In this document: positions 17,685 to 24,652 of the stretch, piece after piece | Layout of the letters: every line of letters starts with the position of its first letter | How positions within the stretch are numbered: position 1 is the stretch's first letter | Source of the DNA: a virus | Lineage: Duplodnaviria; Caudoviricetes | IMG/VR virus record: IMGVR_UViG_3300001450_000286 | Coordinates: 1-24,652 of that record | DNA: 24,652 nt | Direction: 5' to 3' (one strand) | The notes under the pieces: generated by a model | Databases searched by the model: none | What the model was told of the DNA's origin: nothing | The model's input: only the letters and a program-made list of their open reading frames with translations | Position numbers and translations under genes: made by a program

Positions 17685-18176
17685 TTAGTATTGTAATATC
17701 CAGTAATCACATTGAATAGTAATAGTAATTTCATTTGCGGCAGCTGTTTGTGTCCAATCAATTGCTCCAAAATCTGCAGAAGTAATCATTGCACCTTTAC
17801 CGGTCCATTCTTCTACTTTATCACCTACTGGTCCAAGTATATTAATCGTTACATCTTTCTTATAGAAATCTGCATAACCATCTCTACCTGTTACTGATTC
17901 ATGATGTAAACGTACCCATTCCATAACGGCTTGAGCCCCTGATGGTACAATTGGGTCATATAAAACTAAATCAATTGTTTCCCATGTAGTTTTACCTTTC
18001 ACATATCGTGAAACATTCATGTGTTGTAATTCTAAAGCTTCAGTTGCTAGTTTTGGTCTTGCAGCTGTTTTAATTAGATAAGCTGGAATTCCATCAACAT
18101 AGAATATAAACCTATTTTGTTGTTTTGGCTCAAAGGCCGTGAACATTATTTCATTTGGATCTACTAAGTTTGCCAT
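17685..18176 (-). CDS. gp19: Tail tube protein (T4 gp19-like)
   Basis: 163 aa directly after the sheath. 'FEPKQQNRF', 'KGKTTWETIDLVLYD', 'VMEW' and 'YKKDVTINILGPVG..VEEW' motifs. Confidence 0.93.
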   Translation of the reverse strand: MANLVDPNEIMFTAFEPKQQNRFIFYVDGIPAYLIKTAARPKLATEALELQHMNVSRYVKGKTTWETIDLVLYDPIVPSGAQAVMEWVRLHHESVTGRDGYADFYKKDVTINILGPVGDKVEEWTGKGAMITSADFGAIDWTQTAAANEITITIQCDYWILQY

Positions 18177-18198
18177 TTATTTTTCTCCTATTCTTGTA

Positions 18199-18207
18199 TA
18201 TAAATAT
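18199..18207 (-). promoter_or_regulatory. ATATTTATA upstream motif
   Basis: About 23 nt upstream of ATG at 18176, followed by AGGAG. Confidence 0.6.
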
Positions 18208-18233
18208 CTTCTTCTTTTAATATTTGTTAAATT

Positions 18234-21122
18234 CTACTCTTCAAATGATGCGCCAGTTCTCATAATGTTGAAGTCTACAATGATAAATTCAGCAGCTTTT
18301 GCAGGCTGTAAGAATATTTCACCTTTCATTTGATTTCTGTCAATTACATCTGGTGTATTATTTGATTCGTCCATTACAACTTTAAATGCGTAAAGACCTT
18401 GTTGAGCTTGAACTGTTTCTAAATACGGGTTAACAATATTTAAGAATCTATTTCTTGTTGCTGTTGTATTGTTTTCAAATACAAGATATTTTGTAGATGA
18501 AGCAATAAACTTCTTAAGTTTTATTAGTAATCTTCGTACATTGATTCTATCTAAAGCTGATGGTTTAGTTTGTAAAGTTTTCTGACCCCAAACGCAAACT
18601 CCTGTATTAGGGAATACTGCTATTGGATTTACTTTACCTTCATATAAATCATCTCTTTCATTATGAGTTAATCTTGAGTAAACATCGATTACAGTATTTA
18701 AACTTCCTCTATTTAATCCTGCAGGAGCAAACCAAGGGAAGGCAACTTTATCATTGAAAGCTATTACACCTGGTACAACAACTGAAGGCGGTACCCAAAC
18801 AAACCTATTAACCGTTGCATCAAGTATTTTTACCCAAGGGAAATATGTTGCTGCATAGCTTGTGTCATATAAATCAGCGTTTGCTATTGCACTTGTTGTG
18901 TTTTTTCCAGAAGTTGAGTTTACTCCATCCATTACATAGAAACAATCACCTCTACTTTCACAAGTATCAATAATTTTTGCAACTATATTAGAAGCGTTTT
19001 CTGCAAGTATTCCTGGCATAACGATCATGTTAATATCAATTTCATCAGGGTTTCCAACTGAATCTAATGCTTTTTTGTATGCTACAAAACCATCAGTAGT
19101 AGTTGATGCAAAACTCATACCTAAAGTATTGGTAGATAACATATCTTTTTCCATTGCTACTTGAGTTGCTGGATTAACTCCATCATAACCTCCTTGGAAT
19201 GCAAGTGAAAATCTTTTTGCATGTAAAGAACTATTAACAGTTACCGTTGAACCAGTAACTTCACAACTTTCTAAAAAGAATGCTTTATTTTCTCCAATAC
19301 TTGCATCATCACTTAATGGAGCAAGATAGTTTTCCATTCCATTTTTAAGAATAGTTTCATCAAAGTTGAATCCGTAATATGTTTTTGTATCTGTATCTAA
19401 ACTTCTAGATGTTACTAGTGCTGCTGTAGGATATGCTGCACCTGATGCATGTATTCCTACATGTGGATGTGTATATGCTGGAAGACTAAATGGTGAGATA
19501 TAAGGTTCGTGTCCGAATGGTACTAATGCGTCTGAGTAAACAGCGTTATTAGCATTTTCGTGCATTTCAACCCTTACATATCTTGACATGTTTCTATAAT
19601 TACCTAAAACAACTAATTTTGCATTACCATCAGCGTCATTAGAATATTCTTGATATTGATCACCAATAACTCTAGCTAAATAGTTTGGTGAACTTGGATT
19701 TAGGTTACAATTTGTATGAGATTCTAAAGAAACTACTTTAGTATCAGTATCATCGAATTTTCTAACAAGAACAGTAAAGCTTCCATAATCTATTCCAGAT
19801 ATTGAACCAGCCTTTTTAATTCCAACAATACTAACTTTACATATTTGGTTTGAGCCATTACCATGTGATAATGTATGGAACTTAAATAGTGGACTTCCTG
19901 CGTTACCATTTAATTTTTGAGATAATACCCAAGGTGTACATGCTGCTTTATATTGTTTTCCTGAAGTAGTACTTGTTGTTCCAGTTACAGTGGCTGCTGA
20001 TGCGACAAAGTTTACACTTGCTGTAACTGCAGTTGCATTAAGGAATGAATATCCACCACCTTTATTTGTAGCCATTGCTCCATAAGATTGTGAGTTAAAT
20101 AAAGAATATACATATGATTTTTCTAAAGCAGATTGTCCTGCAGTAGGTACATGTCTTCCTGGGTCTGTAGCTAATACATTTTTAAAGTAATTAGCATTTG
20201 TTTTATCAAAAGAAGTAGATAAAGGTAAATCACTATTTGCAAAATCAGTAAGTGTTGTTATTGATGACCCATTTATTGAATCATAGAAAAATCCATTACC
20301 AGTATTTGCAACTCCGTGTTGAAATTGGTGTCCTCCATGAAGAACTGCAACAGGAGCAAAGAGTGCGACTGCAGCTAATGCAGATCCAGTTGATATAAGA
20401 TATCCATTTGCAGTTGTACCAACTTTATTTGCTGTTAGGTTTACTGAAGATTCTGAAGCTACTGCAGTTACTAAATCAGTAAGTGTTGTTGCTCCATTTA
20501 TTTCAGCTGCAAGATTTGCTATAGTTGCTGTTCCAGTTGAACCTGTAGCATAATAATAGAGTGGGTGTTGGTCTGCAGGTATTGCTGAAGGATTAGCACC
20601 TATAAACCTATAAGTAGTACCTTCTGCTGCAATCTGAAATTCTGTTAGCCTGCTTGTTGCTGCTTGTTCAACATCTATACTACATGATATAGATGCAGTT
20701 GCAAAAGTTCCTCCACTAGGAGAACTACCAAATACAATATCACCAGCTTGTTGTGTTGAGTTTCTAGAGCTTGCATGTACTAAACCTAAGATATAAGGTA
20801 TTTCATCGGATTGCGAAGCTATTAAATATACTTGTTTTGGTAAACTAGTCACATAACCATTTAGTCCTAAAACACGAACAATAGTTACTGCGCCAGCACT
20901 TTTTAAGTATTCTTTAACGGTATATGGTACATATGTACCTGCTGTTCCGCTTCCAAATTTTAATTCAAATTCATTTGTTGAACGAACTACTGTTGGTTGA
21001 AAGGCTGGGCCTTTTTCAGTTCTACCTATAATAGCCGCTCCTATTTCGCCGATACCTACAGGTAAAAACGATAAGTCATTTTCTTGTGTGAAAACACCTG
21101 GACTAACGATTCTTTCTGCCAT
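18234..21122 (-). CDS. gp18: Contractile tail sheath protein (T4 gp18-like), 962 aa
   Basis: N-terminal 'SPGVFTQEND' and 'KGPAFQP'. C-terminal 'PWFAPAGLNRG', 'LYEGKVNPI', 'WGQKTLQ', 'DRINVRRL' and 'NNTPDVIDRN'. Confidence 0.97.
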   Translation of the reverse strand: MAERIVSPGVFTQENDLSFLPVGIGEIGAAIIGRTEKGPAFQPTVVRSTNEFELKFGSGTAGTYVPYTVKEYLKSAGAVTIVRVLGLNGYVTSLPKQVYLIASQSDEIPYILGLVHASSRNSTQQAGDIVFGSSPSGGTFATASISCSIDVEQAATSRLTEFQIAAEGTTYRFIGANPSAIPADQHPLYYYATGSTGTATIANLAAEINGATTLTDLVTAVASESSVNLTANKVGTTANGYLISTGSALAAVALFAPVAVLHGGHQFQHGVANTGNGFFYDSINGSSITTLTDFANSDLPLSTSFDKTNANYFKNVLATDPGRHVPTAGQSALEKSYVYSLFNSQSYGAMATNKGGGYSFLNATAVTASVNFVASAATVTGTTSTTSGKQYKAACTPWVLSQKLNGNAGSPLFKFHTLSHGNGSNQICKVSIVGIKKAGSISGIDYGSFTVLVRKFDDTDTKVVSLESHTNCNLNPSSPNYLARVIGDQYQEYSNDADGNAKLVVLGNYRNMSRYVRVEMHENANNAVYSDALVPFGHEPYISPFSLPAYTHPHVGIHASGAAYPTAALVTSRSLDTDTKTYYGFNFDETILKNGMENYLAPLSDDASIGENKAFFLESCEVTGSTVTVNSSLHAKRFSLAFQGGYDGVNPATQVAMEKDMLSTNTLGMSFASTTTDGFVAYKKALDSVGNPDEIDINMIVMPGILAENASNIVAKIIDTCESRGDCFYVMDGVNSTSGKNTTSAIANADLYDTSYAATYFPWVKILDATVNRFVWVPPSVVVPGVIAFNDKVAFPWFAPAGLNRGSLNTVIDVYSRLTHNERDDLYEGKVNPIAVFPNTGVCVWGQKTLQTKPSALDRINVRRLLIKLKKFIASSTKYLVFENNTTATRNRFLNIVNPYLETVQAQQGLYAFKVVMDESNNTPDVIDRNQMKGEIFLQPAKAAEFIIVDFNIMRTGASFEE

Positions 21123-21184
21123 GTTTGATTTCTCCTCGTGTATTTATTGATGTGGATGTATTAACTATCCACTATTTATCTATA

Positions 21185-21193
21185 TATAAATAT
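21185..21193 (-). promoter_or_regulatory. ATATTTATA upstream motif
   Basis: About 63 nt upstream of the sheath ATG. Confidence 0.6.
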
Positions 21194-21211
21194 AACCGAA
21201 AATGCCAAAAA

Positions 21212-21538
21212 TTATTCTGATGGGGTAAATATTCCAGTTTCTATATCTAAAGAACCTTTACCATATTTTGCAGTTAAATCTTGTGCAAACTGAACTTCTT
21301 CATCCCTGTTTTTATTAAATAAATGCTCAACATTATCCTTTTCTTTATCTAATGATTTTAACTCAAAATGTATTTGACCCATCCTCAACGTTAAACTATC
21401 ATAGCTTTGTTTTATTTTTGCTATAGAATTAAGTTCTTCAGTTGAAAATTTTATTGTTGAATTTTCTTGTTTTTCCTGAGCTTTTTGGGCTCTGTGTGCT
21501 TCTAATTTTTGTTGTTCGTCTTGTGTTAATACTGCCAT
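21212..21538 (-). CDS. Small coiled-coil hypothetical protein (108 aa)
   Basis: AGGAGG RBS. Helical hairpin pattern ending in 'KYGKGSLDIETGIFTP'. Confidence 0.85.
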   Translation of the reverse strand: MAVLTQDEQQKLEAHRAQKAQEKQENSTIKFSTEELNSIAKIKQSYDSLTLRMGQIHFELKSLDKEKDNVEHLFNKNRDEEVQFAQDLTAKYGKGSLDIETGIFTPSE

Positions 21539-21568
21539 TTGTAACCTCCTAAGTTTTGTTATTAGTAA

Positions 21569-22582
21569 TTATTTTTGCCCATGACCCTTTAATATATCAT
21601 TTCTAGGTATCATAGACGATTGTGCTTGTCCTTGATTAAAATTACTAGATTTTCCGTCTAGTCCTGTTGTTGTTTGTGTTTGTCCTTGATTAAGATAACT
21701 AGATTTTCCGTCTAGTCCTGTTGTTGATTTTACATTGTCGCCATATCCTGTGTTTCCACCTTTGCCTCCAGGTAAAGAGTTTATATCACTAACAACAGAT
21801 GTTCCCATAATTATTTTTGAAACTGTATGGTCGCGTTTGTTATATTGAGTCATATCTTTCTGTAAATTATCTGGTATAATATAACCATTCATTTCTAATG
21901 TAAAAGTTGCCCTTATTCCTCTATCTTCTCCTTGTACCAATTCATTAGATACATCGAATGAAGTCATATTTGCTAAAAATTTATAGTAGTTGTCTTTGCC
22001 CCAATATGAATTAGATGCATAATTTACATCTTCTATAATTTTATTTTGGTGTCCTATAAATTCTGTTACAAGAATACATTCATATGATAGTTTTACATAA
22101 TCAGGTATTACTATATTGTATGATTCTTGACTAGGTTTTTTACCCACTAAAATATCAAATCTATCATATCTATTTCTTTGATTATATTTTTTTCCAACAG
22201 TATAATATAAATGAGGATGATTTGCATCTAACTTATTAAATCCTTCCTGTCTTTCTATACCTGTTCTTCTATACATTAAAATTGGATATTGTATTTTTCC
22301 AGATTTATCTCTAAAAACCCCGCTTTTTTGTACAGATCTCCATCTTTCAGGAGAACCATATATTACAGGTACCCTTATTTCTTTTTGATTTTCTTTAACC
22401 CTAAGTTGTATAACATTTTCAAAGTAATAGTGAATAGCTTCATCTGCGTCATATAATCCAACAGCAGGTTCTTTTACAGTATCGTCTCTTTGTACTTGAG
22501 AAGACCTATTAGTTGCAATTGAATTGCCACTTGAATCTACGCGTTTGCCTTGCTTATTATTTGCTTCAGGTGTATATGCCAT
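21569..22582 (-). CDS. gp15: Tail terminator / sheath stabiliser (T4 gp15-like)
   Basis: Position after the two neck genes. 'IRVPVIYGSPERW', 'PILMYRRTGIER', 'VKLSYEC' and 'TFTLEMNGYI' parallel gp15 motifs. Confidence 0.75.
   Translation of the reverse strand: MAYTPEANNKQGKRVDSSGNSIATNRSSQVQRDDTVKEPAVGLYDADEAIHYYFENVIQLRVKENQKEIRVPVIYGSPERWRSVQKSGVFRDKSGKIQYPILMYRRTGIERQEGFNKLDANHPHLYYTVGKKYNQRNRYDRFDILVGKKPSQESYNIVIPDYVKLSYECILVTEFIGHQNKIIEDVNYASNSYWGKDNYYKFLANMTSFDVSNELVQGEDRGIRATFTLEMNGYIIPDNLQKDMTQYNKRDHTVSKIIMGTSVVSDINSLPGGKGGNTGYGDNVKSTTGLDGKSSYLNQGQTQTTTGLDGKSSNFNQGQAQSSMIPRNDILKGHGQK
21620..21726. repeat. Tandem duplication, 54-nt period (2 copies; 3 mismatches over 53 nt)
   Basis: Encodes TTGLDGKSSYLNQGQTQ / TTGLDGKSSNFNQGQAQ. 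Confidence 0.92.
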
Positions 22583-22584
22583 AA

Positions 22585-23136
22585 TTATTCGTTATAAAGA
22601 CCATAAGAGTAGCCTTCTCGTATATTTTCAAATTGAACCTTACTTTTTCTTGTTTGGTGAGTATTACATATAATAGAGAAAGACGAACCAAATTCGTTTC
22701 TCTCTCCAGAAACTTTACCTAGATCTGAGTCTGGATTTTTACCAACTATGAATTGGTTTTCATTTGTTGAATCTATTTCCCAATAAGTGTTATTCCACCA
22801 AATAATATCACCAACCTCTAAAACAACATTTGCAGATGGTATACCTATACTTCCTGCAGGTAAAAGGTCGTCTCTTAGAAATGCAAAAGTTGTTGCTTGA
22901 TTTACATCTGGACCAAACTCACTACTATCCCATGTTTGATCTTCATGTGTTATTAGGCAATTTACCCTAACACCCTTTTTATATAATTTATCTATAGCTT
23001 CACCATACAAATTATCACCTATATCATATATAGAAGTTTTAAAAATATCTACTTCTGTATCAACAAGCTCATTTATTAGTTCTCTATTAAGAGTTCTAAA
23101 CAAACTTATATCTCTTTGTCCACCAAATAATGCCAT
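22585..23136 (-). CDS. gp14: Neck / head-closure protein (T4 gp14-like)
   Basis: Follows the gp13-like gene. 'DNLYGEA..K.Y', 'SEFG' and 'EVGDIIWWNNTYWEI' fit the head-closure fold. Confidence 0.75.
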   Translation of the reverse strand: MALFGGQRDISLFRTLNRELINELVDTEVDIFKTSIYDIGDNLYGEAIDKLYKKGVRVNCLITHEDQTWDSSEFGPDVNQATTFAFLRDDLLPAGSIGIPSANVVLEVGDIIWWNNTYWEIDSTNENQFIVGKNPDSDLGKVSGERNEFGSSFSIICNTHQTRKSKVQFENIREGYSYGLYNE

Positions 23137-23139
23137 AAG

Positions 23140-24303
23140 TTATCCTATATATATTCCATAAGGAATTTTATTCATTGTTTCATTCATGAATTCAGATTCT
23201 TCTTTTTGCCTTTCTAAAAGATTTCTTCTTGAAGCTGCCTCTAGGTCTTCTCTTAATTGTGTTATTAAGTTTTCTCTTTCTGCAGCTGCTTCACTTCTTA
23301 GTGTATCACCGTCTAAACTTACTTCGGCTCCTGGTATTGGTATTGATGCATATTTACTTCTTATATTACCAAGTAGCTCTTTGGCTAAAGCTAGTGTATA
23401 TTTTCGTATCCATTGTTTTCCAGGATCATTTATATTACTATACAACATATTGTCGTATGTTGCATTTGAAAAATCAGAAACAGTATTTGCAACTGTTCCA
23501 TTTTTTAGTGCACTATTTCTATCACTTATTTTAACATATTCTATCCATAGGGTATATGATGTTGTGGGGTCAGGAAAAATTCTTAGCCTGTCATTTTTTA
23601 ATTCAAAGCTATATGCTGATTTTCTAATTGTGTCGTTAAATTCTATAGCTTGAACCCTTAGTAAGTCATCATACATAGGCATCATTAAAAAATTAACTGC
23701 TGGACTATAATTACCAAAACCGAAACCTTCTAGCATTTGGTCTGAGCCGTATCCTGTTCCTACATATGGGTCAAAATATCTTGACATTGCTGGAGAACCT
23801 TCATAAAATACACGTTTTACTTCTATATCTCCAATATCAGTTTGGCCTGATTCCAAGGATATTTGGTTTGAATCTGTCAAATCATAAACCTGTTTTGAAG
23901 TTGTAACTGCTATAGATGCACTATAATAGGTTACATCTCCTCCACTACCAGCCTCTGCACCATAAGAATTTGCAATTGTTATTAGTCTACCATGGTTGGG
24001 TGTTATTTCTTTGTGTGTAAGATTACTACCAGTTGCAGTACCTTTTAAAGTTAATAAATTTTCCTTTATATTATAGTAATTTACCTGAGAACTATATTCA
24101 CTGACTGCTTCTTCGAAACAAGCAAAAAAGTTCTGTTGTTGTAATTCTATATCTACTATTGGATAACCTAAGCGATTGCCGCACCAATTTGCTGTTTTTT
24201 CAACATCAGACTGAAATGCTGCGTCACTGTCATACAATCCAAAAGGTGTATCTCCTGGAAAAAATGATGATGAACCGGGCCATATTGATATTTTTGTTGC
24301 CAT
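23140..24303 (-). CDS. gp13: Neck / head-tail adaptor protein (T4 gp13-like)
   Basis: 'RLGYPIVDIEL' and 'WIRKYTLALAKELLGNIRSKY...IPG..VSLDGDTL..EA..E' are gp13-family signatures. Confidence 0.9.
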   Translation of the reverse strand: MATKISIWPGSSSFFPGDTPFGLYDSDAAFQSDVEKTANWCGNRLGYPIVDIELQQQNFFACFEEAVSEYSSQVNYYNIKENLLTLKGTATGSNLTHKEITPNHGRLITIANSYGAEAGSGGDVTYYSASIAVTTSKQVYDLTDSNQISLESGQTDIGDIEVKRVFYEGSPAMSRYFDPYVGTGYGSDQMLEGFGFGNYSPAVNFLMMPMYDDLLRVQAIEFNDTIRKSAYSFELKNDRLRIFPDPTTSYTLWIEYVKISDRNSALKNGTVANTVSDFSNATYDNMLYSNINDPGKQWIRKYTLALAKELLGNIRSKYASIPIPGAEVSLDGDTLRSEAAAERENLITQLREDLEAASRRNLLERQKEESEFMNETMNKIPYGIYIG

Positions 24304-24324
24304 ATTTTACTTTTACTTTCTATA

Positions 24325-24333
24325 TATAAATAT
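24325..24333 (-). promoter_or_regulatory. ATATTTATA upstream motif
   Basis: Abuts the terminator T-tract; about 22 nt upstream of ATG at 24303. Confidence 0.6.
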
Positions 24334-24364
24334 AAAAAAAGGCGCAAATAAGATAGCGCCCTTT
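24334..24364 (-). terminator. Intrinsic terminator
   Basis: AAAGGGCGC-TATCTTATTT-GCGCC-TTTTTTT downstream of the stop at 24393. Confidence 0.82.
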
Positions 24365-24392
24365 AACATTTTATCTTATATTTGATTAAGGG

Positions 24393-24652
24393 TTAAGATA
24401 TAAATAATGCCATACCTCCTCCAGACATTGATTGTGATCTGAATAAAGTACCAGATCCATGTGCTTGTGCTACTGCGTATGAAGTTGGTAAATTTTCAAA
24501 CCGTATAGAGGATATTGAAGCTGAAGTATAAAGGGATGCAGTTGCTAATGAGTTAATATTAATGTTTGCGGTGCCTGTACCCACCTGGGCAATTGTAGCA
24601 TCTCCAGCTTGTATTTTGTCAATATGTCCTACTCCATCTGCGTATAAATCTT
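24393..24652 (-). CDS. 3' end of a fibre-like virion protein (begins outside the window)
   Basis: The frame is open to the window edge: ...DLYADGVGHIDKIQAGDATIAQVGTG...FENLPTS...GSGTLFRS. DLYxDG and NLPTS are common in phage fibre/beta-helical proteins. The GTG at 24584 is probably internal. Confidence 0.65.
   Translation of the reverse strand, partial: DLYADGVGHIDKIQAGDATIAQVGTGTANININSLATASLYTSASISSIRFENLPTSYAVAQAHGSGTLFRSQSMSGGGMALFIS

Noticed and set aside
17576-17770. 64-aa minus-strand ORF
   Set aside because: Overlaps the tube gene out of frame and runs through a terminator and promoter motif.
4857-21122. Extracellular contractile injection system or tailocin
   Set aside because: Head-joining neck proteins, polA, uvsE and phage-type promoter motifs indicate a complete phage.
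21620-21726. CRISPR-like array
   Set aside because: Only two directly adjacent in-frame copies with no spacer. I saw no CRISPR array, tRNA or rRNA in the window.
1081-23653. Many plus-strand ORFs of 60-214 aa in the ORF track
   Set aside because: All lie antisense within well-supported minus-strand genes, have Ser/Phe/Leu-rich shadow composition and show no recognisable motifs.
743-24333. TATAAATA copies as genuine T4-type late promoters firing on the plus strand
   Set aside because: No credible plus-strand genes follow them, and their spacing fits the minus-strand starts. Antisense transcription cannot be excluded without RNA data.
1-24652. Stop-codon reassignment as seen in some large phages
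   Set aside because: Long ORFs are intact in code 11, and TAA, TAG and TGA all end genes at sensible boundaries.

Overview
AT-rich fragment of a large T4-like (contractile-tailed) phage genome. All credible genes are on the minus strand and use the standard genetic code. In transcription order (right to left): C-terminus of a fibre-like virion protein, neck proteins (gp13/gp14-like), tail terminator (gp15-like), small coiled-coil protein, an enlarged tail sheath, tail tube, tail/baseplate assembly chaperone, small protein, tape measure protein, baseplate proteins (tube-initiator-like, LysM/gp53-like, hub-like), an unusual short family A DNA polymerase, a 705-aa possible nuclease/internal head protein, three small genes, and the 5' part of a UV-damage endonuclease (uvsE). 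The main points of interest are: (1) a hidden 71-codon ORF best reached by a +1/-2 frameshift at a U7 run with a 3' hairpin at the end of the chaperone gene; (2) a PolA lacking the thumb, with His at the steric-gate position and a degenerate exonuclease domain; (3) a recurring sense-strand motif ATATTTATA upstream of seven genes, which contains the reverse complement of the T4 late promoter. All family assignments come from motif recognition and gene order, not database searches.
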